Below are positions 1 through 9,884 of a stretch of 64,000 bases of DNA, in pieces; within the stretch, counting starts at the first letter, position 1; each line of letters begins with the position of its first letter. The translations under genes were made by a program, and so were the position numbers. The stretch is from Macrostomum lignano (lineage: Eukaryota), in the NCBI GenBank assembly GCA_002269645.1, contig NIVC01000882.1:356653-420652 (forward strand). Direction: 5' to 3'. Below the pieces are notes generated by a model. It did not search any database and was not told where the DNA came from. It was given only the letters and a program-made list of their open reading frames with translations.

Positions 1-629
1 CCCCCACATACGATTAAAACAAAAAAATAATTCTCCAATTTATTTCGCGCATTAAAACAAACTATTATTTGGCGTTCGCGTAGATTCAGTTTCTAAGAAA
101 GATTCGAATATACAGTTATTACATTGAAAGAACATTCGAGTATACTATGATAAAGGCATAGCACTAGTACAGTATAAATCTTGAGTCTCAAAAATCTTGA
201 AATTGTGACATTGTCCAACCTCTATTGAAATGTTGTACATTCAAAAAAATTGAAATATCTAATATTAATTATGCCTAATAATTAAGAAATATTCTATATA
301 TTATATATTATATAAATATTCTATAAACTATAAATTTAAATAATGTATAAACATTGTCTATAAGCATATAACTTCTATGTTTCTGAAAGTTTCACTTGAA
401 ATATTAGTATTTTATTATAACTTTAATTTTTAGCAAATTTTTTTTGATAAAAAATATCCTACTTTTAAATTTGGCATGATAAATTTGAACCTAGGATACC
501 AAATGATTTTGAAATTTGTCACTTATAGAACCAAGGCCTAATTTATCTAAGTTATTTGTTAAATAGTCTAGAATATTTATTAGCTCATATGAATATAAAT
601 CTGATCAGCATAAAATGTCAATGTTTAGG

Positions 630-975
630 GGGGGGGCATAGCCTAGTGTTCTAGTCTGACACTCTGATGTGTTGCAGCCCAGACTTGATTCCAAGTGCAG
701 TCACATTAATTTGGGGCTAAATTGGAATCTTGGCTTGGATCTGCTCATGCAATTAATGTCCTTGTAGGCCAACCCCCAAGGCACAGTGAAGTGTGCATGC
801 TTGACAATAAATAAAATCAGGGCCGCTGTGCACTCCTGTGTGAGTGTTTGCCTGTGCGTGTGACTGCATACATATCCACAGACTTGTGTGCCTGCTCAGG
901 GGAGTCGGCAGAATGAGTAATAATGCCTCTCGCTGGTTGTGACAAAGTCGCTCAAAGTGCACCAGGATGCAACAG
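630..975 (+). mobile_element. tRNA-derived SINE, family A, near full-length decayed copy
   Basis: Colinear with copies at 7762, 57548(-) and 62061 (GATTCCAAGTGCAGTCACATTAATTTGGGGCT...CCCCAAGGCACAGTGAAGTGT...CTCAGGGGAGT); degraded A/B boxes at the 5' end. Confidence 0.8.
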
Positions 976-1167
976 CTCATCTATCTTTAACTATCTAAAA
1001 AACATCAATGCAGGCTTTTTATTTGTAAACCAATGAAAGAGAGAAGGTAACTTTAACACTTTTTATAGCCAATGCTACAACAAACTAGAGTTGGAAATTT
1101 AGATTTTTTGGATAACCAAGTTGCAGAAAAATGTGTACAAACATTGCAGCAAATTGATTGCTAAGCC

Positions 1168-1365
1168 ATGTTTGGCCAAGTTGCTAGGCGCGCCTTTTCT
1201 ACTAGCGTTGTCCGCCAATCAGAGTCGTTCGGCTTCGGCTCCTCGCTGCCATTCAACGTCAAGAACAAGACCCGCCTGTCAATCAACATGCTGCTGTACA
1301 CCATGACCGGCTTCGGGGCTCCCCTGTTCGCCGGCTGGTGGCAGCTCAAGAAGAAGCGCCTGTAG
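1168..1365 (+). CDS. COX7C: Cytochrome c oxidase subunit 7C, single exon, 65 aa
   Basis: Transit peptide MFGQVARRAFSTSVVR, then LPFNVKNK, one TM helix and C-terminal QLKK match the COX7C pattern; AATAAA at 1434-1439. Confidence 0.88.
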   Translation: MFGQVARRAFSTSVVRQSESFGFGSSLPFNVKNKTRLSINMLLYTMTGFGAPLFAGWWQLKKKRL

Positions 1366-2000
1366 AATCAGTCAGATGCTGCTTTGAGAGCGCAACTCAG
1401 TGCTGACCATTTTAAAGAAACCTGTGGCGTTCAAATAAACTCAAATAGACCCTCCCTACCTGTTAAGCACGTTTTGTTAACAACACTGTCGTCTTACTAT
1501 AAGTAGAAAGTAGCAAGAAAACTTGAAAAACATTATTAATTATTCCATCACATCACAACAGCCACCCCACTTGTCTCCCTGCAAAAATGAACTTTAGTAT
1601 TTGTAGTATTTTAGAAAGTTATAGAAAATCACCCAACCGCAACAGTTTATATGCAGTTGATTTTAATTGTAGGAATGTCAACAACTCCGTCATTTTCAGT
1701 CCAATATAACCAAGAAATGCAGCGATTGAAAACTATAGCCAAATATGAGTTCCGTTATTTCATCGTCTTTTACTTATTTTTTCCGACTGAATAATTATTA
1801 GCAGAGTTTGTCACCTTTAGTACGCAGTTGATATCGAAATTTCTATTCCACTAGTATTAAAGTTATCGGTTGAATTATTTATTTATGGTATTCAATACAT
1901 CTGACCATCGCAAACTTGTATTTGGAGTAATGTAAATTTACTTCACCAATTTGCTGCAGTATGTTTTAATGTGTATTGATGCAGTCAATCCAAAGTCAGC

Positions 2001-2312
2001 TTAATAGGTCTTGCAATTGTTGAACACGCACACGCGGCAACTGTTAGAATCTTTGATGCACTCGCTTGTCACGTGATGCAGGTCGCTAATGGAGCCCACC
2101 AGAGTTGAGCAGCTGTTCCCATTGACGCACACCTTTGTTAGGCAGGGCTGGTCAGGCCTGGCTTGGTTGCAGGTGATTTTTGTGGTAACGGAACAGCGGC
2201 AGTGCGGGTTCCTCAGCGAAGGTCCGTATAATTCAATTAGCGTCGCTGCTGTCCAGCCGGAAGTCGCTAACAGCAGGCACGTTGTCATGACAACAAGAGG
2301 TAGTGTCGCCAT
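2001..2312 (-). CDS. Small secreted Cys-rich protein, three-finger/Ly6-uPAR-like, 103 aa
   Basis: Hydrophobic signal peptide; 10 Cys in the mature part spaced C-x-C-x7-C-x8-C-x4-C-x5-C-x16-C-x6-C-x2-C-x4-C; ATTAAA on the minus strand at 1965-1970. Confidence 0.65.
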   Translation of the reverse strand: MATLPLVVMTTCLLLATSGWTAATLIELYGPSLRNPHCRCSVTTKITCNQARPDQPCLTKVCVNGNSCSTLVGSISDLHHVTSECIKDSNSCRVCVFNNCKTY

Positions 2313-2863
2313 TTGAAGTTATTGTACACGTTAAGTCTAGACGTCGCATTAACTTTGGAGTCTTGTTAGAGCTAGGAAATAAGCAAAGCAGAACCTGGCT
2401 CTAAATAGGCAGACAAAGTCAACAGCCAAGTTTTTGTAATTGAGACTTTACGATTTTGATCTTCTTTTAAGATCAATAGTCTCAGCTCCAAGGACAAAAA
2501 AGTCAAATGGTTTTTTGCTTCTAGTATTGAATTACAGTTTCTCATAGCTGGAAAATATTTTCGTCGTCAGTAAAGCAACTGACTGATTGAAGAGTATTTT
2601 TTATTTTGAAATGAAGATTTATCTCACCAGGAGCAAGTTCCAGTCTGTGCAGATTAAGCGCTAAACACAAGTCTTTTCAATTAGCTCGTATAACATAGTT
2701 ACTCTGTATCTGGTTTGTGAACGCTTTGAAAACACAGTCGATTGTACTGAAGTTGCAGGGCTCTGTGTGACTATTGATTCTGTGATGGTTGACTTTAACA
2801 ATGTTTAGACGAGTTGTAGTCAGGATAAGCGTGTTGGAATGAGGTTGAATCGCACAGCAGACC

Positions 2864-3646
2864 GCCCGCTGAGAATGTCTATGGCCAAAAGACCTTGATT
2901 CGGTGCAAAATCAGCGGACAGGCACGAAACGCGTTTCACACTCGCCGAGATTGTCTATGGTAAAATCCTCACTTGGCGCTGTGTTAACTTCAAAATAGCT
3001 CCTGTACGCATCAAAGCCCACCCACGCGCCGCCCGCTGACTGCATGCACTGAATCAATATATAGCTTTTGACATGCTAAATGAGAATTTGGCCAGGCTAG
3101 TTGAGACTCGCCGACTCGGCTATCTGCTGCATGCAGACACAGACAGACAGCATCCACATGCATTGCCACCATAGACAGCCTGGCAAGCAAATTGAGAATG
3201 CAACACAGGAGAGAAGTTAAAGATGCGTGCTTGAGCCACTTTATTTGGTGTTGGTGCATAATGCAGAACTGTAAGAAAATCTGGAAACAGCGCAATGCGG
3301 AATGCAGCTCAGAATGCAGAAACCAGGAAACAGGACAGCGTAGAATGCAATGTTCAGAATAGCTGCATCGTCAGGCAACGACCCAGCCGGCGGAAGCTTT
3401 TCAGCTCCCATGCAGCATTTTGTATGCAGAGTAGGGTTACGAGCAAGGCGAAACAACAAAAAAGCGTGATTCTCAATTCGCGTGTCAAGTTCACAATTTG
3501 CTTGTCAAGCTATGGACCTATTTTGTGTCTGCATACAGCAGATAGCTGAGTCTCAACTAGCTTGGCCAAATTCTCATTTTTGGCATGTCAAAAGCTATAA
3601 TACATACGTAGTCCTTTCCCTTTAGCCATAGACATTCACAGCGGGC
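2864..3646. mobile_element. Foldback/MITE-like element with interrupted long inverted arms
   Basis: 2864-2891 is the inverse of 3620-3646, and about 3060-3140 is the inverse of about 3525-3598; non-coding; no TSD resolved. Confidence 0.6.
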
Positions 3647-3666
3647 TTCTTGCAGCACAGATTGTA

Positions 3667-5086
3667 TACCTTTTTACGTTCTATTTGATAAAAACTGCAA
3701 CCAATTTGGCCACGGCTCAGCCTGACGCAGCCGCAGCAATTTTCCATAGACAGCCACCGCTAGCGGCAACCAATTTGGTAAAAACTGCGAGCTATTTTGC
3801 CAGCTTGAAGATAGCAGCTCAATAGCATAACAATAACGATAAAGAATGTTAACAATACATGCACGAAGTCAGAACATTATGTCCTCAGCATTCAAGCACC
3901 GATTGAAGTACGTCTGGGAATGGTTGATCCAGCGCAGGCACTTGAGAGGCGTGATGCAGTTCAGTGCTTGCTGCACTTCTCTCTTCAGAATGCGCATCCT
4001 GTGCTGATGCAGTGTCGCACCTGCTGCAGCAGCCAGTCCAGTATCTGCCACCTCGCGCTGAATGGCAGGTGATTGCAATTGCGTTTTCAGCTTGGCCTTC
4101 AGCGCTGAGCCTGCGTACTCCGCCGGGTTGATGAACGGCGAGTATGGAGGCAGGAATCGGTGAGCATGACCTTCAGACATCCCAGGGACACCTAGGTGAG
4201 CGCGAGCCCCATCGGACAGTAGCACAAACTCCTCTTCCATCAGAACATCGATCTCAGAGAGGAATTCCATGAAGTGCTCGTTCTTAAAGCCTCCTTCGAC
4301 GAGAGTGCTGTGAATCAGGCCGAGTTGCGAGATGGCCAGGCAGATGGTGAGATTCTGCCCACGCTGTCCGCTGACGACAGTCACAGCTGGGAGCCCCTTC
4401 GCTGAGCGGCCTTGAGTCCTCGCCGTCCAGATGTTCACCCCAAACTCGTCCATGAAGATGGTGTTCACCTGGCTTCCCTCGTCCAGCATCCATTCAACGT
4501 GCATCCTTCGCGCCTCCTTTGTAACAGGCATGTTCCAGTTCACAGGTACCTGGCGCAGTAACTTCAGGGTGATGAGGCGACCATCCAGAGCACGACTGAT
4601 AGTGGTCAGACTCACGTTGGCAACGTCATTGTGTTGGTGCAGCAGGTGCTCTCTCATTTGTTGCAGCGTCGCAGTAGGTTGACCTTCGACGAATTGAACA
4701 ATGGTGTCCACCATAGCCTCCGTCAGCGCCATCCTCTTCACTCCTCCTTTTGGCAGAGTGCCAACTCTACCAGTTCGTTCATACGTGGTCACGATGTTCC
4801 TCACTGTCGGTTTCTTCATCCCCATCATTCTGCCAAGCTCTCCCCAGTCGTCGCCACTCCTGTACCCTCTCACGATTCGCTCTCGATCCAGCTGACTTAT
4901 CTTTTGGTACGGCCCACGATTCGCCATCAGAGCAGCTGCTATCTTCAAGCTGGCAAAATGGCTCGCAGTTTTTACCAAATTGGTTGCCGCTAGCGGTGGC
5001 TGTCTATGGGAAATTCTATGTCTATGGTCAGGCTGAGCCGTGGCCAAATTGGTTGCAGTTTTTATCAAATAGAACGTAAAAAGGTA
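3667..5086 (-). mobile_element. Complete IS630/Tc1/mariner DNA transposon, 1420 bp
   Basis: 153-bp TIRs (3667-3819 and 4934-5086), TA duplication at 3665-3666 and 5087-5088, intact transposase inside. Confidence 0.95.
3869..4927 (-). CDS. Tc1/IS630-like transposase, 352 aa, DD30E
   Basis: N-terminal HTH regions; catalytic motifs IFMDE, LSDGARAH and LPPYSPFINPAE. The start is placed at ATG 4927 because the longer ORF-track start lies inside the TIR. Confidence 0.9.
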   Translation of the reverse strand: MANRGPYQKISQLDRERIVRGYRSGDDWGELGRMMGMKKPTVRNIVTTYERTGRVGTLPKGGVKRMALTEAMVDTIVQFVEGQPTATLQQMREHLLHQHNDVANVSLTTISRALDGRLITLKLLRQVPVNWNMPVTKEARRMHVEWMLDEGSQVNTIFMDEFGVNIWTARTQGRSAKGLPAVTVVSGQRGQNLTICLAISQLGLIHSTLVEGGFKNEHFMEFLSEIDVLMEEEFVLLSDGARAHLGVPGMSEGHAHRFLPPYSPFINPAEYAGSALKAKLKTQLQSPAIQREVADTGLAAAAGATLHQHRMRILKREVQQALNCITPLKCLRWINHSQTYFNRCLNAEDIMF

Positions 5087-5508
5087 TATTAACCTAGATG
5101 GGTCACTCCAGTCGCCTGGCGGCAGCGAGAAAACCCCAGGATTTTTACCATAGACTGTAGCTTCTACTGCAGCTCAAGACATTAGCAGTAGCTAGTGTCT
5201 GCGGCCCTAACCCCTCGGTTTTGGGGGCCTCGGAGACGGCCGCTAAATACATTAGCAAATGCAGGAGTGATACATCTAGGTAACATAGTCTGTGCCTTGC
5301 AGTGCGTATTTAACCTCGAAACACGAATCGGTTAACTAGAAGTTCGAGTTAACTACATGTACATGTATGCATTTAATCAGACATGTATAGTGTACGAAAT
5401 TTTATGCTTTTTCGTACTGATTGTATTGTGCATTTTGCAGAAATTATTCCGGTTTAGGGTCAAATGTCAGTGCATATACCCTCGCACTTTTTCTGTTTTA
5501 TGGGGCTC

Positions 5509-8500
5509 TTAAGTGATCATGCGGCGCTGCAGCAGCTGCCGCTTCCACGGCGGCAGGCCCGCCAGTCGAGCTTCCTCGGCCTGTTGGAGGGCGGCCGCCT
5601 CAACATCGCGAGCTGCTCTTTGAGCCTCTTGACGGGCTCGATACTCGCGGAGCCACCGGGGCTGCTGCTGCGACTCTTCATCAACGAAGGGTTGCGGTCG
5701 CTTTTGCTGGTCAGCTGCCATCTCTTCATCGTCTTGTTTCTCTTCCCCAACATCAGCGCCGCCGCAGCTGTCGCCGTCATCTTGACCTTCCACCAGCTGC
5801 AGTTTCTTTAGATGTGCGCTGTTGAATCGCTTCAGCTCGGCTATCAGGTCTCCTTGCTGAGGCTGCCGCTGTTTTGAGACTGGGCCCTTCATGGCGGCAT
5901 CGGCCAGAGCGCCGCAACTTGCTGGCCGTCGTACCGTCGAAGATTTTTTAAATCTAGGAGCCACGCTCTGGGGCGGAGGCGGCGGCGCTGGAGGAATCAC
6001 CGAACACTGGTTGTTGACTGGCTGGGTGACCGGCGGAGCTGGTGACCGTATAAGCATTACTGACTGTTGCGAACCCGATGCTAGAGGCGGCGGAGGTGGC
6101 GGAGCCGGTGGTGGAGGTGGTGGAAGTGCTGGTGGAATAGCTAAGTTTCCAGCGGCTCCTTTGATCTCTGTAGACTGTTGTGAAGTTGAAGCTGAAGGAA
6201 AAGTCGAGGCGGTCCGTTTGATCATTGCATGTGGAAGTGGCGGAGCCGGTGGTGGAGGTGGCGGGGGTGCTGGTGGAATGTTTGAAGCGGCGGCGGTTCC
6301 TTTGGTGATTGGCTGCAGCGCGACGGAACCTGTCAGTTCTGTCGTCAGTTCAGTTGTCAGTTCTGTCGTTTCCTTGCTCATTGACGATAGCTCTGAGTCG
6401 GCGGTACCTTTACTAACCGATACAGGCATTGTTGGAACTGATTTATCAGCCGCAGCGGTGCCTTTGATCACGGATGGTGATCGCGTAGCCGTTGGTAGAG
6501 ATGCTGACTGGATGCTGGAGTCCGTCATCCTGATTGTTGATTGCCGTTGTGGCGGCGGTGAAGGCGACACTGGCACTTCCGGTATTGAGTAGATTGATCT
6601 CGTCATTGGTGAAACTGAAGTCGCATTGACAGTGCCTGGCACCTGCGGGGAGCAATCGAGCCAGATTCTAATGGAAGCGTATAAGCCATGGGAGTCGGCA
6701 AACTCTGGCTTGCGGATAAAATGCGGCCCGCGAAGCCTTTCTATTCGACCCTCGGGTTCTTTGAAACTTCACAATAGTAATCCGGGCCCGGGCCTACTAA
6801 TAGTAGCTGTGTTGTTTTACCGATATTATTGTTCAGAGGTAAAAATGTATGGAGTTGATTGTATGCGGTGTCCTCAATTAGTTAAAAATATTATATTACA
6901 TCTTCCATCTTACTATGCACTTTTTACATAGTAATCACACTATATGCTTTCACTGAGGTTTTGTTAGTGCTTGATCGATTCTAAGGGAATCGAATTGAAA
7001 GTACTAATCTTATGTGTACTTTCAATTTGTTGGGCATAACTTTGCATACCTACTGACTTACTTGTGTGTCGCAAATTTACCAAAAAGTTTTTCTGGGTGC
7101 AGAATCATTTAATTAGCTAATTAGTGACAGCTGAAGTTATTTAAAATGTTTTTCAAATCTATCTAGCCCAGAGACAGGCGTGTACCGATTGGAAAGCCTA
7201 ATTGAACTCAAATACAGAGCTCTCCACATTTTATTAAATATTATATGCGAAGCTAATTGCGTGTCAAGTGCATCCCCCAGGAAAAATCAATATTGAATTA
7301 ATACTGGAAGCCTTCCCCCCAATTATTTTTCCCTTTACGTATTGCCATCACCTCTTTCCATCTGCCTGTTTTACGCCAATGTCTATATTCCATAATTATC
7401 ACCGTGAGTCCGCTGCAATTGCCCTGCAGTTTGTGTTACTTTTGAGCGAGCAGCCGCGACACTAATGGGCAGGGCAAGCTTATGGACAGTTATATGCTAC
7501 AAAAAGCAACGCAGTCAAGAGGAGAGGACTGACTATAGATAGGAACAGATGAGAACAATATCTAGCAGCCACGCCCTGAACTGCTGTATGGTTGCTCTAT
7601 CTTGCCTAATATCTTCCCTCAGGCGATTGGCCGTTGCACGCTGTGCTGCATTTCTTCAGCAGTGCATTCCAGTGCTGAAAACGTTTCAAATGTCATCTCA
7701 CAGACAGGATGCTGAAACAACTGATGCAGCCAACCCGTTGTCCATAGAAGTAGGCACACTTCTCGATTCCAAATGCAGTCACATTAAGTTGAGGCTAAAT
7801 TAGAATCTCGGCTTGGCTCTGCTCGTGCAATTAACGGCCTTGAAGGCAAAAACCCCAAGGCACAGTGAAGTGTACATGCCTAACGATAAATAAAGTTAGC
7901 GCCGCTGTACACTCCTGTGTGAGTGCGTCTGTATTGCGTATGACTGCGTACGTACATGTATCCGTGCGCTTGTGGGCCTATAGAGGACCACTGTAATTTT
8001 CGGAGACCAATTTCTATTAAAGCTGCCACCCTTAGTTCTCTGTGCTTGATCAATCCTCATGAACTGGTTAAGGTTGAGGTGAAAACTTATCGGTGAACTC
8101 CTACACGCCGAAGAGGAGACTTTGATCATGGCTTTACTTATTACACACAATTGCCGCAAAATACTGCCCATAACTACTGGTGCGGGAGGTTGACGCTGCT
8201 GCTGACTCTGCAGACACCCTATCAGCGAGAGCCGGAGCATGGCTTGCGTTTGCGCTGCTTTCTGCGATGCTGATTTTAAGACCTACTCACAGCGCATTTT
8301 GTTGCTGTTGTTAGCGTATCCCACTGTTCTCATTCTCACCTGTCGCTGTTGCAGCAGTCCGAGGGTCTCATCGTCGTTGAGCCGGCAGAACTGCGCTGGC
8401 ACGGCCCCGCTAGCCGATTGGTCGGCAGCCGAGCACGGAGTCTGGTGCAGCAGCCACTCAACTGCAGCCGCGTGGCCGGAGTAGGCCGCTACGTGCAGCA

Positions 8501-8917
8501 GGTTCATGCCCTCGGCGTCGCGGGCCAGCGGATCAGCTCGGCCTCCAGCAGCAGCCAGGTCAGGCAAGCCAACTGGCCTGCGGCGGCTGCGTTGTGCGCC
8601 GGCGTGTCGCCGAATTCAACTGCCGGTTGCGTCGCCGACAAGCCGAGCTCCGACACCAGATAGTTGAGAAGCTCCGGCGCGCCAGACCTCGCCGCGTAGT
8701 GCACAAGGCCGGCACCGTGCGAGTCGCGAATGTCGCTAAGGCGACGCCGAGGCTGCGCGCAGTCACTGTTGTTGCCGGTGCCGAAACCAGTCCAGCGAGC
8801 AGCTGCCAGCTTAAACGCCGCAACATCGCCGGCCAGCGCCAGCCGAAGGAGGTCTTCGGCAGCCTCGGTGACAGCAGTGTCATTAGCAGGCTGCGGTGGC
8901 TGGTTACCAGCGTCATC
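5509..8917 (-). CDS. Espin/forked-like actin-bundling protein (partial model; one apparent 1-bp frameshift)
   Basis: Ankyrin exon 8340-8917 (LVHYAARSG, TPAHNAAAAGQ, LLHVAAYSGH); last exon 5509-6642 after a CAG acceptor, with poly-Pro runs, WH2-like DLIAELKRFNSAHLKK and C-terminal PPWKRQLL. Middle exons and first exon not resolved. Confidence 0.65.
7762..7978 (+). mobile_element. SINE family A, truncated copy in the espin-like intron
   Basis: Colinear with the 62061 copy from the B box through the GTGTACA hairpin. Confidence 0.8.
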
Positions 8918-9884
8918 CTTGATGAAATGGTACGAATTTTTATGTACATACAGTTTTTGAAACAGCATTTAATCAATAAATCTTAGAATCAAAAAACAAA
9001 TAATGAATAGTAGACTGGAAAACCAAAATTCTGAAACTAACTATTAGAGCGACCAAGTAATATGAAGCGTATGCTTCAGATATGCCAACCCCTTGCATAG
9101 ACACGTTTGAAGGTATATGTAACGACCATAATAACCATAAAATTCATAGATAGTTATTGAAGCACTAAGCAATAAAAGCTAATTTGCTACAAACTTAAAA
9201 AACTTGATAAATCGCGTTTAAAAAACGAACTAATCTGAACAGGCTGAGAAAATAAGGTAAAATAATTTATATTTAACAACAGTCTATTCGAAGTTACTCC
9301 TTAGTATAAAGGCATAAAATAGAATACATTCTAAATACTAATTTATAGTATGTACGAAAGGGCTTGTGAATTGCTGAACGAAGCTTTATAACAGCCTAAA
9401 TATAATATTAAGAGAGTCACAAGATAGTCTCTCTTTCTGATGATCTTAGCAGATGACTCCTTTTTAGTATATTGGGTGATTTTTATTTGCATTTTGTATT
9501 TGCGATTTTGATGCAGATTGGATATTCAATATTGAACCCACAAATTTTCAATTATCGCGCTTACATGGCTCTTAATATAATAATCTTTAAGAGGACGAGA
9601 TTTAACAGTTTAAAACACATTTTCATGAACTTCTTAAAACGCTATTCACTTTAAATTCTTTAAATGTTAAGAAAGTTTGTTATATTGTACAATTTAGATT
9701 TTAACTTTTTGTTTTCATGTAGATTTCCCTGAAAGCAACTAGAAAATTATTCTCCTCTCATTCGTATTCTATGTTCAAATCTATGTCCAAGTATTTAAAC
9801 ATTAAATAATTTGCGCAGTAAATACTCGAAACATATTCATACTTTACTTCGTCTTATACCTAAACGTACCTCGGAAACGGTATT

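Noticed and set aside
4928-5068. N-terminal extension of the transposase in the ORF track
   Set aside because: It lies almost entirely within the right TIR; ATG 4927 is the plausible start
5891-6592. 233-aa Gly-rich ORF on the plus strand
   Set aside because: Antisense shadow of the Pro-rich espin-like exon
9565-9626. Possible first exon of the espin-like gene (minus strand, GTAAG donor)
   Set aside because: It is 62 nt (phase 2) and would join the 8917 acceptor in the non-ankyrin frame
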